Part shown: positions 21,272 through 31,074 of the stretch, one piece after another
How positions within the stretch are numbered: the first letter of the stretch is position 1
Layout of the letters: the number at the start of each line of letters is the position of its first letter
Source of the DNA: an uncultured Desulfobacter sp.
GTDB lineage: Bacteria > Desulfobacterota > Desulfobacteria > Desulfobacterales > Desulfobacteraceae
Length of the DNA: 64,000 nucleotides
NCBI GenBank assembly: GCA_963665095.1
Contig: OY762069.1
Span: 5,184,001-5,248,000 of the forward strand
Direction of reading: 5' to 3'
Notes under the pieces: generated by a model
The model's database searches: none
The model's input: only the letters and a program-made list of their open reading frames with translations
What the model was told of the DNA's origin: nothing
Made by a program: the position numbers and the translations under genes

Positions 21272-21991
21272 TTAATACTCCGGATTAAGTGTTTTTAAAA
21301 AATCAGGCTGAAGCAAATCAAAAAAAACTGATAATGACACTTCATGCTGTTTATCCAGTAAAAAAAGGAGGTCCTTAAAAGAAATATCTTGTTTGGGTTC
21401 AAAGAAAGTATCTGTATCTATAATAGATCCGGTACGGTTATTGTTATCATAAATAACAGTCGAGTTATTTTGAATATTTACTCTAGTAATCAATTGATCA
21501 TGTTCAAAAATAGTACTAACAGTAATTTGCTTTGCCTCAAGAGGGGCATCATTAAAGCTAATTGAAAGTGTTATCTTTTCAAAGATATCTATTTCAAAAA
21601 AATCTATATATCGGATTCCAATTCGAGTGAATCTTTTTACAATTCCAGATTTCTCTAATTGCTTAATAATATTTTCCAAAAATGGATAAAAATTTTCTTT
21701 CCATCCAACATAATCACCTGGATTTCCTAAAGATATTACATTTGGACCGACGTTCAATCGATATCCATTTGAAATAGATTGATAACATGGCGCAAATTTT
21801 AACTGAGGATCTTTCTGCCTTAGCTCCCCCGGAATATCCGCTATGGGCAATTTGTTAAAATTGGGGAAATCGTTTCGAACAACGTTGAACAGCATACCTA
21901 AAATGGCATCAGGTGGAATTTCACTTTCAAAACGAAACTCTACAACAGCATCAATTATTGGATCTGGAGTTATTTTTGTCGGCCTTGGCAT
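21272..21991 (-). CDS. TIGR04255-like protein
   Basis: PIIDAVVEFRF, Y.GW..F, TRIGIRYIDF, IIDTD, FFDLL motifs typical of this sporadically distributed family. Confidence 0.8.
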   Translation of the reverse strand: MPRPTKITPDPIIDAVVEFRFESEIPPDAILGMLFNVVRNDFPNFNKLPIADIPGELRQKDPQLKFAPCYQSISNGYRLNVGPNVISLGNPGDYVGWKENFYPFLENIIKQLEKSGIVKRFTRIGIRYIDFFEIDIFEKITLSISFNDAPLEAKQITVSTIFEHDQLITRVNIQNNSTVIYDNNNRTGSIIDTDTFFEPKQDISFKDLLFLLDKQHEVSLSVFFDLLQPDFLKTLNPEY

Positions 21992-22498
21992 CGGTATTGA
22001 CCTTATCTTAATCTATAATTATTTCTTAACATTAAAAAGTCTTCAAAATTTAGATAGATGACTTTACAATATTCGTTGTTATTTGGTTGACTATAGTTAA
22101 GACCAGTAACCGGATCACCCATAACTATAAAATATTAATCATTCTCTTTTAGAATGTAAACCTAAAAGAGGGACATAAACCAATCAACTTAATTGGAGAT
22201 AAACATCCCCTGTTAAAAATTGCAACAGTCAATTTAATGCCCTGTTAAATTTCATTTCCAGGAACGCCTTGATTACATTTAATATATTAAAATCCGTTTT
22301 AATCCCGGTATGGTCCTGTAAAGGATTATTCGGTATTAAATGGATTTTTGAAGACTCATGGGGTTAATGTATCAAATTCAATTTTCGACTAAAATAGTCC
22401 CCTCCCATACATTGTGGGGTTGTGATTAAGATAAATATTTCATTCCGGCGTTTTTAACTCATAAGAGGTTGAAAAGATTCCTGGCTTTAAAATTCCAT

Positions 22499-23000
22499 CT
22501 ACTCTTCCAGGAAATAAAACATCTGTTTCCCACTGGTGGTGATGAATTCGATATTGTTTCCGGCAGACCGGAATGCCGCACCAGATGACTGGTGTTCATT
22601 AAAATAGGCAAGATCATCTTCGGTGAGGGCTGTGATCCAGAATCCGAGCCGGTAGGTGCTGCCGTCCTCAAGGCTGAAAATGCCGCTGTTTCTGTCAATG
22701 GAAAACGACGAATTTTGGCTGTTGAGACAGCTTGTTAAAATATCCAGGTCCAAAACGGCCGGAACCATATCCTGGGTGGTGCCGTCGGCGTAACTGATGG
22801 TGATTTTGTAAGTTTCAGATGCCGGGTCATCCACCTGGGCCGTAAATGAAATGCCATTGCGGCTTTCATCGGCCCCCTGGTTAAAGCCGTATCCGGTCAT
22901 GGCGCAAAGGGTTGTTGTCTCATCAAAGGCAATGGTGAAGCGGCCGTCGGTTGCCAGGGCAACGGGATAATCATAGTCCAGAAGGGCCAGCATGGTATCA
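22499..23000 (-). pseudogene. C-terminal fragment of an unknown (possibly exported) protein, 5' end replaced by intron remnant
   Basis: GC-rich coding-like stretch; the ORF-track N-terminus is simply the antisense of the intron DV/DVI. Confidence 0.5.
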
Positions 23001-23005
23001 CAGGT

Positions 23006-23068
23006 ATGGGAAAACCGCACATCCGTGACTGTGCGGGGGGGCGTCGGGTGACCGACGTTCCTACCGTG
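23006..23068 (+). mobile_element. Group II intron 3' remnant (partial domain V plus domain VI)
   Basis: GGGAAAACCGCACATCCG..TGTGCGGGGGGGCGTCGG-GTGA-CCGACGTTCCTACCG: DV 3' half, DVI hairpin with GNRA loop and bulged A; no RT ORF. Confidence 0.75.
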
Positions 23069-23143
23069 AGATGCCCTAAAAAACACATTGCGTATCCCAA
23101 TTTAGTACGTTAAAATGTACAAAAAACAACAAGGGGATATGCA

Positions 23144-23425
23144 ATGCAAAGATTAAGGATAGACCAAGACATTAAACCTCTCTCGGAAGTACGAACGGGG
23201 ATTGCATCAGTTATTAAACAAGTTCACGAGACCAAAAGGCCGGTTGTCATTACCCAGCATGGAAAAGGGGTTGCAGTTCTTTTAGGTGTCAATGAATATG
23301 AATCCATGCAAGAAAAGATGGAGCTTCTGACTGATATACAAACTTCAATCAACCAGATAGAAAATGGCGACGGGGTCGAACACGATGAAGCAAAAAAAAT
23401 GATTATGCAACGGATTCTTAAGTGA
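23144..23425 (+). CDS. Phd/YefM family antitoxin
   Basis: PLSEVR, PVVITQHGKGVAVLL..EYE. Confidence 0.92.
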   Translation: MQRLRIDQDIKPLSEVRTGIASVIKQVHETKRPVVITQHGKGVAVLLGVNEYESMQEKMELLTDIQTSINQIENGDGVEHDEAKKMIMQRILK

Positions 23426-23718
23426 AAATAATCTGGTCTCCATTGGCTATCGATAGAGTGGCCGAAATTGCAAACTACATAGCAAAAGACAAACCAACTG
23501 CTGCCGAAAATTGGGTGGACAAAATATTTTCAAAAGTTGAGACCCTAACATCGTCTCCTAATTCTGGAAGAATTGTTCCTGAAATCAACAAGGATCAATA
23601 TCGAGAAATCATCTATGGAAATTACAGAATAGTGTATCGTCTTGAAGAAAAGCGAATATCTGTTCTGACCGTTCGTCATGGTAAGCAATTATTACCAGTT
23701 GAAGAAATATTGGCATAA
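23422..23718 (+). CDS. RelE/ParE family toxin
   Basis: IIWSPLA, GRIVPE, YRIVY, VRHG; 4-nt overlap with antitoxin. Confidence 0.92.
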   Translation: MKIIWSPLAIDRVAEIANYIAKDKPTAAENWVDKIFSKVETLTSSPNSGRIVPEINKDQYREIIYGNYRIVYRLEEKRISVLTVRHGKQLLPVEEILA

Positions 23719-23764
23719 CGAATAAGGATAAGGAACGAACTAGGATCTTATCCGATTGTTGGGC
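23713..23764 (+). other. Degenerate attC-like site
   Basis: GCATAAC containing the toxin stop, internal GGATAAG/CTTATCC inverted repeat, GTTGGGC (GTTRRRY) end; 52 bp, short for attC. Confidence 0.5.
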
Positions 23765-24247
23765 AAGCCGGCCATGAACGACGTTTTTTTGCAAATTTTT
23801 CAAAAAATTTCCATTATAATTTGCTGGATATTGGCAATGAACTGCAGTCAGATACCATGCGAATGATCTGTGAAGGTTAATCCCGGATATACGAGTTCCG
23901 GTCAGCTTTAAAAAATCAATTGATTTTCCATATGTTGATGATAGTATCAGGCATTTGATACACAAAGGTGTTTGGCGTTTTCCCATTGCAGTTCCAAAAA
24001 GTTTTTTGCATTTTCTGATAACGGACACGGGTCACACCTGTTAATCGGCCCGGTATAAAATAGATGTTCCATCGGAGCTTTGTCCATGATTGAGCTTGTT
24101 GTTCATGGACGAAAGAGCCGTTAAGGTTATGACGCTTCTGCATAAAAGATAATCCGTGCGTTTACACTGTTGCCGGGACGCAAAAGTGCCCTGCTTTTTT
24201 GTCCATGGTGCCAGCAACCCATAACCCGTAGCATTGGAGGAGTTCCC

Positions 24248-25903
24248 ATGTCAGATTTTAGTGCCCTGTCATCCGAGGAAGAAGGCAAGTTTTCCGCTCT
24301 GAATCGTGAAAATCTTGATTTCCTGATGAATCGTTACAACCGGGTTAACCGATGGGTCATTGCCGATATGATCCGGCGAAGCGCCTATCATTATCCTGAT
24401 AAGGCTGCACTGGTATTCAAGGATCGCACCCTGACCTATGCCGAGCTTGAAAAGGCAAGTAACCAGGTGGCCAATGCCCTTGCCGGCATTGGCGTGAAAA
24501 AGTACGATCGAGTGGCGATCCTGGCGCACAACACCATTGACCATGTGCTGACCTGGCTGGGCTGCTGCAAGATCGGGGCCGTGTATCTGGCGGTGAATTA
24601 CCTGCTCAAGGGCAAGGATATCACCTATTGCGTGGATCATTCCGAAAGCTGTGTGTTTATTGTTGAAGATGCCCTGTATCCCCTGGTTGCCGAAGTTATG
24701 GACGATATGGATACGGTGAAAACCTTTATCTGGTCCGACGATATGGCAGGCCAGCCGCCCGCCTCGGACCGGTTTCTTGATTTTAAAGCCTGGTACGGCG
24801 CAAGCCCGGCCACAGAACCCAATGCAGTGCTGCGCATTGAAGATCCCTGCCAGATGACCTATACCAGCGGCACCGAATCTTTGCCCAAAGGGGTGATCAT
24901 CTCCAACCAGGCCTTGATTGCCCAGTACATGGGTGCCATTATTGACGGCAATTACGCTGCAGACGACATCAATGTGAATGCGCTTCCCATTTATCACTGT
25001 GCCCAGCGCGATGTGTTCATGAATCCCATGTTCTGGCTGGGGGCCACCAATATCCTGATCCCGCCGGAAATTGACCTGATCCTGAAAACCATCAACCAGT
25101 TTCGGGCCACCATGTTTTTTGCCCCGCCCACGGTGTGGATCGGGATGATGCGTCACCCGGATTTTGACAAGTATGATCTCTCCTGCCTGAAAAAGTGCTA
25201 TTACGGGGCCTCCATCATGCCCGTGGAAGTGCTCAAGGAGATCATGGAGCGGCTTCCCGGAGCAGGGGTCTACAACTATTACGGCCAGACCGAGCTTGCA
25301 CCTTACCACACCATTCTAAAAGCGGAAGATGCCATGGATAAATTAGGCGCTGCCGGCATGGCAGGACTCAACATGGAGAGCCGCCTTGAAAACAGCCAGG
25401 GTGAGAAAGTGGAAAATCCCGGAGAGCCCGGGGAGATCTGCGGCCGGGGGCCCCATGCCATGATCATGTACTTCAAGGAGCCGGATAAAACCGAAAATGC
25501 CATGGCCGGCGGCTGGTTCCACTCCGGTGATATCGGTGTTGAAGATGAGGACCGGTACATCACGGTGGTGGACCGTAAAAAAGATATGATCAAAACCGGC
25601 GGAGAAAATGTCTCCACCCGGGAGGTGGAAGAGGCCATCTATCTGGATAAACGGGTGGAGGAGACCGCCGTCATCGGGCTGCCCCATGAAAAATGGGTGG
25701 AAGCTGTGGCTGCCGTTGTGGTTCCCCGGAAGGGACAGGCCATTGAGGAGCAGGAGATCATCGACCTGTGCCGGGAGCATTTAGCCCCGTTCAAGGTGCC
25801 CAAGAAGGTTGTGATCGTAAGTGCCTTGCCTAAAACCCCCACCGGTAAAATACTGAAACGCGATATGAGAGAAGCGTATAAAAATTTGTTTTTGTCATTA
25901 TAG
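24248..25903 (+). CDS. Acyl-CoA synthetase (AMP-forming, fatty-acid--CoA ligase family)
   Basis: YTSGTESLPKG, YGQTE, SGD, RKKDMIKTGGEN, PKTPTGK; GGAGG RBS before ATG 24248. Confidence 0.93.
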   Translation: MSDFSALSSEEEGKFSALNRENLDFLMNRYNRVNRWVIADMIRRSAYHYPDKAALVFKDRTLTYAELEKASNQVANALAGIGVKKYDRVAILAHNTIDHVLTWLGCCKIGAVYLAVNYLLKGKDITYCVDHSESCVFIVEDALYPLVAEVMDDMDTVKTFIWSDDMAGQPPASDRFLDFKAWYGASPATEPNAVLRIEDPCQMTYTSGTESLPKGVIISNQALIAQYMGAIIDGNYAADDINVNALPIYHCAQRDVFMNPMFWLGATNILIPPEIDLILKTINQFRATMFFAPPTVWIGMMRHPDFDKYDLSCLKKCYYGASIMPVEVLKEIMERLPGAGVYNYYGQTELAPYHTILKAEDAMDKLGAAGMAGLNMESRLENSQGEKVENPGEPGEICGRGPHAMIMYFKEPDKTENAMAGGWFHSGDIGVEDEDRYITVVDRKKDMIKTGGENVSTREVEEAIYLDKRVEETAVIGLPHEKWVEAVAAVVVPRKGQAIEEQEIIDLCREHLAPFKVPKKVVIVSALPKTPTGKILKRDMREAYKNLFLSL

Positions 25904-25923
25904 GTCCTTTTGTGTGGGTAATT

Positions 25924-25963
25924 TTCTGCAGCCATGGCGTTGGGCCACGGCTGCAGAATTTTT
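25924..25963 (+). terminator. Intrinsic terminator
   Basis: TTCTGCAGCC..TGGC/GCCA..GGCTGCAGAA stem followed by T run. Confidence 0.7.
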
Positions 25964-26214
25964 GTGTATACTCCCTGTTTAATCTTTCCAATTATCTCCA
26001 GTTCTAAAAAATTTTTCGGATCAACGAAAACTCTTCTTTTGCAGGCATTAAAAATCTCATTAACGGTTTGTAAAAAGAGACAAATTTGAAAAACCCAGGC
26101 TTTTGAATTAGTTGAATTTATAATATAGTATACAGTTATTATGGCCCGGGTCTGCCCTATGCAGGCCCTTTTAGGGCGTTATGTTTACGCCTTTTATGTT
26201 TGGAGAAATGAATA

Positions 26215-27042
26215 ATGAGAGAACTATTTACAGGCAATTTGAAGTTAACATTGTGTGTGCTGATTTTTGCCTTGTGCTGCTGTGCCGCGCCTGTGGCATC
26301 CATGGCGTCCTCCTCGGCTGACCAGGCATCCCAGACCACCGCAGATCAGGATGATAATATCATTGAGGACGAGGCGGTTCAGGCTCTTTATACCATGAGT
26401 GCGTATCTTCGTACCCTGAAAGTATTTGAAATGACCTCCAGTTTTTACCGGGATGAGGTGCTGACCACCGGTCAGAAAGTGCTGATCAATGGTGAAAGCA
26501 CAACCTTAATCCGGCTGCCGGACAAATATCTTGCAAAGGTCAAGGTGGCGGAAAAAGACAAAGATTTCGAAGTCTATTTTGACGGGCAGAATTTTACGCT
26601 GTCCGGGAAAAATCATCAATTCTATGTTACAACCTCAGCACCCGGTACAGTGGCGGACCTGGTATTTAAGACCTTTGCTGAAAAAGGCATTGAACTGCCG
26701 CTGCAGGATATTTTTTTGTGGGGCACCAGCGCATCAGACAAAGAGGAGCTGATTTCCGCCTTTAAGGTGGGCACCACTGTCATGGACGGTAAGGCCTGCA
26801 CGCACTACGCCTATCGCCAGGAGGGAGTGGACTGGCAGGTGTGGATTCAGGATGGGGAGCAGTCTTTACCCCTGCAGGTTGCCATTATCACCACCAGCGA
26901 TACCTCCCAGCCCCAGTATGCAGCCAATATTAAATGGGATCTGGATCCGTTGGTTCCGGATGAGGCCTTTACATTCATCCCGCCTGAAGGTGCCCGGGCC
27001 ATCTCATTTATGTCTGATCGGGAAACCAAAACTGAAAAATAA
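26215..27042 (+). CDS. Exported DUF2092-like (LolA-like fold) protein
   Basis: Signal peptide; MSAYL, LPLQD, HYAYRQEGVDWQVWI, FTFIPP. Confidence 0.8.
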   Translation: MRELFTGNLKLTLCVLIFALCCCAAPVASMASSSADQASQTTADQDDNIIEDEAVQALYTMSAYLRTLKVFEMTSSFYRDEVLTTGQKVLINGESTTLIRLPDKYLAKVKVAEKDKDFEVYFDGQNFTLSGKNHQFYVTTSAPGTVADLVFKTFAEKGIELPLQDIFLWGTSASDKEELISAFKVGTTVMDGKACTHYAYRQEGVDWQVWIQDGEQSLPLQVAIITTSDTSQPQYAANIKWDLDPLVPDEAFTFIPPEGARAISFMSDRETKTEK

Positions 27043-27108
27043 AAAGGTGCCTTCGATGGCTGTCTGACAAGGCGCCAGGGGCACCCCTGAAATTATAAGG
27101 AGCAGAAT

Positions 27109-27588
27109 ATGAAACACGGATCCGTTTTTTTTAATGCGGTTGCATTGATATTAGTGGCGGCACTGACCCTTGGTTCCGGATTGATTCTTCCGGGGTCGGC
27201 CATGGCCGGTCCTCTTGTTCGCAGTCAGGCCAATATGTCCATCCACGGTCACGGTGGTGGCGGGCATGGCGGAGGCCATGGCCATGGCGGCGGGCATAAC
27301 ACCAATGTGAATGTGAACATAAATAACAATGTGCATATCAATGACCATCACGACAATCATTACCATGAGGGCCATTACCACCACGATTCAGTGGGGGATG
27401 TTGTGGCAGGTGTTGTAACGGGTCTTGCCATTGGCGCCATTGTAACGGCTGCATCCATGCCGCCGGCCAACACCTGTTCGGATGTGGTTGTGAACGGGAT
27501 TGCCTATCGCCAGTGCGGCAGCACTTGGTATCAGCCCTGTTATCAGGGGACTGTGGTGCAATATGTCGTGGTGAATCCTCCCAGATAG
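27109..27588 (+). CDS. Exported His/Gly/Asn-rich protein with C-terminal Cys-containing domain
   Basis: Signal peptide, GH repeats, NVNVNINNNV, C-terminal YRQCGSTWYQP..YVVVNPP; AGGAG RBS. Confidence 0.75.
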   Translation: MKHGSVFFNAVALILVAALTLGSGLILPGSAMAGPLVRSQANMSIHGHGGGGHGGGHGHGGGHNTNVNVNINNNVHINDHHDNHYHEGHYHHDSVGDVVAGVVTGLAIGAIVTAASMPPANTCSDVVVNGIAYRQCGSTWYQPCYQGTVVQYVVVNPPR

Positions 27589-27621
27589 AATGGTTTCCCG
27601 ACGCTGGGAAAGGAAAACGAC

Positions 27622-27667
27622 AAAGCGGGGAAAATGTCGGGCTTAAGGCATTTTCCCCGCTTTTTTA
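27622..27667. terminator. Bidirectional intrinsic terminator
   Basis: AAAGCGGGGAAAATG...CATTTTCCCCGCTTTTTTT between convergent genes. Confidence 0.8.
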
Positions 27668-27701
27668 TGTTCAACGCCAAATCTTCCGGGTTCGGGCCGA
27701 T

Positions 27702-28190
27702 TTACAAACGGATGATTTCCGGCGTCTGGCCCACATGCTCCAGAAATTTGATCAGGTCCTTTGACGCAATGGTGGTGGTGGCGGTATTGGTCAGGGGATG
27801 AAAATTGAGCAGATCGTTTTTCATGAGCTCTTCGTCCAGCACAATTTTAACCTCTCTGTCCCCGATGTTGACCGCTGCAAAGGGTGTGACCGATCCCGGT
27901 ATCATGCCAAGCACCTCCATGAGCAGGTCTGGTTTGGCAAAGGACATGTTGTTGCCGCCGATCAGTTTACCAACGTCTTTTATTTTAATGGGCTTGTCCG
28001 CAAGCGTCACCACAAGAAACATCTTCTTTTTTTTATCCTTGAAAAACAGATTTTTGGAGTGGGCACCCTCAATGCCTTCGGAGTGCAGGGCCGCCTCTTC
28101 CACCGTGAATACAGCCGGGTGTTCGTGGTTGGTGTAAGTGATGTCAATTTCGTCCAGAATGTTGAGCAGTTCTTCCTGGGTTTGCAGCAT
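27702..28190 (-). CDS. YbaK/ProX family aminoacyl-tRNA deacylase
   Basis: HPAVFTVEE, HSKNLF, PGSVTPF, FHPLTN. Confidence 0.9.
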   Translation of the reverse strand: MLQTQEELLNILDEIDITYTNHEHPAVFTVEEAALHSEGIEGAHSKNLFFKDKKKKMFLVVTLADKPIKIKDVGKLIGGNNMSFAKPDLLMEVLGMIPGSVTPFAAVNIGDREVKIVLDEELMKNDLLNFHPLTNTATTTIASKDLIKFLEHVGQTPEIIRL

Positions 28191-28215
28191 GGGTCTTCCT
28201 TTCCCCAGACAATTG

Positions 28216-28980
28216 TTATGTCTGGATGTAGTTTACAAATATCAGTCTGACAATGGTTAAAAACACCATGGTCAGAAAAATGGGTCTAATAAATGGGGTG
28301 CCGCGCTTTATCGCCATGCCGGAGCCGATATTGGCCCCGATGATCTGGCCTGCGGCCATGATCAGGCCTGCCGAATACAGCACATTGCCGCCTATGATAA
28401 ACAGGGACAGCGCTGTAATGTTGGAAACAAAATTCATGATCCGGGTGGTGCCGGTGGCTTTTGTCATGTCCATGCCCATGAAAATGAGCAGAGCCCCTGT
28501 CCAGAAGGCGCCGGTGCCGGGTCCGAAAAATCCGTCATAAAATCCCAGTCCAAATCCGAAAATCAGGAAAAAAAGATGCTTTTTCATCCTGGCCTTTGCC
28601 TGGACCGTGCCCAGATCTTTTGCCAGCAGGGTGTAAACAAAGACAAACAGCAGCATAAAGGGCACCAGGTGTTTGATAAAGTCTGCATGGATCTGCTGAA
28701 TGGTCCAGGCGCCTGTTATGGCTCCGATAAGAGTGAAAGCCATGCCGGCCATGTTCTCAGACAGGGTGACCTTGCCCTTGCGGATAAAATTGACCGTGGC
28801 TGAAAGCGTGCCGAAACTGCCCTGGAATTTATTGGTTCCCAGGGCCAGTTGGGGCGGCAGGCCCACAGATAACAGGGCTGGCAGGGCAATCAGCCCGCCG
28901 CCGCCGGCAATGGAGTCCACAAAACCGGCTAAAAGTCCTGAAAAAAACAGGATCAGATAAGATATGAAAGACAGTTCCAC
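28216..28980 (-). CDS. TSUP (TauE/SafE, YfcA-like) transporter
   Basis: AGFVDSIAGGGG, ALGTNK, GFYDGFFGPGTG. Confidence 0.92.
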   Translation of the reverse strand: MELSFISYLILFFSGLLAGFVDSIAGGGGLIALPALLSVGLPPQLALGTNKFQGSFGTLSATVNFIRKGKVTLSENMAGMAFTLIGAITGAWTIQQIHADFIKHLVPFMLLFVFVYTLLAKDLGTVQAKARMKKHLFFLIFGFGLGFYDGFFGPGTGAFWTGALLIFMGMDMTKATGTTRIMNFVSNITALSLFIIGGNVLYSAGLIMAAGQIIGANIGSGMAIKRGTPFIRPIFLTMVFLTIVRLIFVNYIQT

Positions 28981-29269
28981 GACACTATAGCCCCTTTATA
29001 GTTCATATTTGCCCCTGGCAGTGTTTTTGGTTGCCATGCCTTATCATGCATCCTTTTCCATGGCCACTGTTTTGTTTGTGCCTGTAACCCATTTTACCCC
29101 GCCTGTTTCCAAGCCGGGTAAAAAAGGATAAAATCCCTGTACTGAATTAATGCCTGAACGAAAAAATGCCTGAACAAAAAAATGTTTGAACGCCGGGTCT
29201 GCCATGGGCAAATTCCCCTGCAGCGCAGCAGGTGGTGACGTTGCATTCAAACACGAATTGGGACATGTT

Positions 29270-30187
29270 ATGGAAATTATCTCAACTATCATACCTATCT
29301 TTATTATTATCTTTCTGGGCATTTTTGCCCGGCACAAGGGATTTATATCTGAAAGCTTTGTGCATCAGGCCAATCGCCTGGTCTATCACATTGCAATCCC
29401 GGCCATGATTTTCAGTGCCATTGCCAAGGCGTCCTTGAGAACCGAAATCCATCCGGGGGTCATTTTAATCACCCTTGCATCGGTATGCCTCATTGTGCTT
29501 GGTGCATGGCTGACCGCCAATGTACTGCGGATTCCCCACGCGTCCAGGGGGTCATTTATCCACTGCTCCTTTCACGGGAACCTGGGGTATATCGGCCTTG
29601 CCGTGGCCTATTATTATCTGGGGCACTCCGGATTTGTCCGGGCCGCCATTCTTGCCGGCTTTGTCATGATCCTGCAAAACGTCCTGGCGGTGACAGTGCT
29701 TCAGTTTTACAGCATACATTCCCAGGGACGGCTGAACCTGACTGCCACCCTGGCAGCCAGCATGACCAATCCGGTTATCCTGTCAGCCCTGGCCGGCATT
29801 ATTTTTTCTCTTTCCGGGCTCACCCTGCCGCTTATTCTGGATCGCTCTTTAACCATTCTCAAGGGCATGGCACTTCCCATGGCCCTGCTGGTTATCGGTG
29901 CCACACTCTCCTTTGAAAAAATCAGGCACGCCTTTTCCATGGTCTTTATGACCTCTATGCTGAAGCTTGTGGCCATGCCGGCTGTGGGATTTTTACTGTT
30001 CAAAATATTCGGTGTCTCTTCCTCCGACTTTATTCCCGGCCTGATTATCCTGGCCTCTCCCACGGCTACCCTGGTTTATATCATGGCTGAGCAGATCGGC
30101 GGTGACCCGGATCTTGCCGTGACCGCCATTTCTCTTTCCACCCTGATCTCCGGTGTGACCTATGGCCTGTGGTTAACCCTTGGATAG
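29270..30187 (+). CDS. AEC (auxin efflux carrier) family transporter
   Basis: GNLGYIG, NPVI, PMALLVIG, PTA; hydrophobic; start placed at MEIISTII. Confidence 0.88.
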   Translation: MEIISTIIPIFIIIFLGIFARHKGFISESFVHQANRLVYHIAIPAMIFSAIAKASLRTEIHPGVILITLASVCLIVLGAWLTANVLRIPHASRGSFIHCSFHGNLGYIGLAVAYYYLGHSGFVRAAILAGFVMILQNVLAVTVLQFYSIHSQGRLNLTATLAASMTNPVILSALAGIIFSLSGLTLPLILDRSLTILKGMALPMALLVIGATLSFEKIRHAFSMVFMTSMLKLVAMPAVGFLLFKIFGVSSSDFIPGLIILASPTATLVYIMAEQIGGDPDLAVTAISLSTLISGVTYGLWLTLG

Positions 30188-31051
30188 AGGGTTAAAGAGA
30201 ATATCATTCTCCAGATACACCTGTTCCAGCAACTGCTGGTAGTTCCTGGTCTGTTTGCCCTGCCGGGCAGCCAGTTCCTGAATCATGAACTGTATTACGG
30301 TGAGCATGCCCGAGATATTGCCGATAAACGGGATGGACTCGGACGGGACCACAAGGCCCAGGTCTGCAAAGGGGATGACGGGGCTGATGTCTGAATCGGT
30401 CAGCACTAAAAGGGTGTGGCCGGCTCTTCGTACCATTTTGGCAAGTTTGATCAGTTCATTGGGATAGCGGGTGGTGGCACACAGCACCACGGTGCTTTTT
30501 TCCGGTGCATTGGCAATGCGGTCGATGGAGGTGGAGTCGCTGCCTTTCAGGATATGGACGCCGGGTCTGACCTTGGTCATGGACCAGCCAAAATAGTAGG
30601 CAAAGGTATATGAAAGCCGTGAGCCTGTGAAGTAAACATCACAGCTTTGCTCCAGATAATCCACGAACTGGTTTGTAGTCGTAAGGTCAATGTTTTCGTA
30701 CAGATACTTCAGATTGTTCAGCTCTTCTAAAATTCCTCTGTGAAGACGGCTTAAACCCGGCGCTTCCAGGTCCTTGATATCCAGACGGTCAGACAGGGAA
30801 AGACCTGTGTTCAGGTAATCCTTAAGGGCCTGCTGGAACCCGGCGTATCCGTTAAACCCTATGGCGGCAACGAACCGGACTACAGTGGCCTCGCTGGTAC
30901 CGCAGGCTTCGGCTAATTCCCTGGTGGTCATAAAAACTGCTCTGGTGGGGTTGTTGATAATATAAATGCCAAGGGTTCTGGCCTTAGGTGTCAGCGTTCC
31001 AAGAAGGGCGGATATCCTGGAAATGATATCATGTGATGGGTTGTCGTTCAT
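30173..31051 (-). CDS. MurR/RpiR family transcriptional regulator
   Basis: ELAEACGTSEATVVRF..GF.GY HTH plus SIS domain. Confidence 0.92.
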   Translation of the reverse strand: MNDNPSHDIISRISALLGTLTPKARTLGIYIINNPTRAVFMTTRELAEACGTSEATVVRFVAAIGFNGYAGFQQALKDYLNTGLSLSDRLDIKDLEAPGLSRLHRGILEELNNLKYLYENIDLTTTNQFVDYLEQSCDVYFTGSRLSYTFAYYFGWSMTKVRPGVHILKGSDSTSIDRIANAPEKSTVVLCATTRYPNELIKLAKMVRRAGHTLLVLTDSDISPVIPFADLGLVVPSESIPFIGNISGMLTVIQFMIQELAARQGKQTRNYQQLLEQVYLENDILFNPLSKG

Positions 31052-31074
31052 AAAATTGCCTGTTATTCGAAAAA

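Noticed and set aside
22499..23086. 195-aa ORF as an intact gene
   Set aside because: Its first about 28 codons are the antisense of the group II intron remnant; treated as a truncated fragment
23609..24143. Minus-strand ORFs downstream of the toxin as a second cassette gene
   Set aside because: Wrong orientation for a cassette, overlap the toxin, no recognisable motifs and no second attC-like site
24070..24200. c-di-GMP-I riboswitch before the acyl-CoA synthetase (GGGACGCAAAA, nearby hairpin 24077-24113)
   Set aside because: Upstream GGCAAAC..GAAA stem and downstream P3 elements not found; needs Infernal to decide
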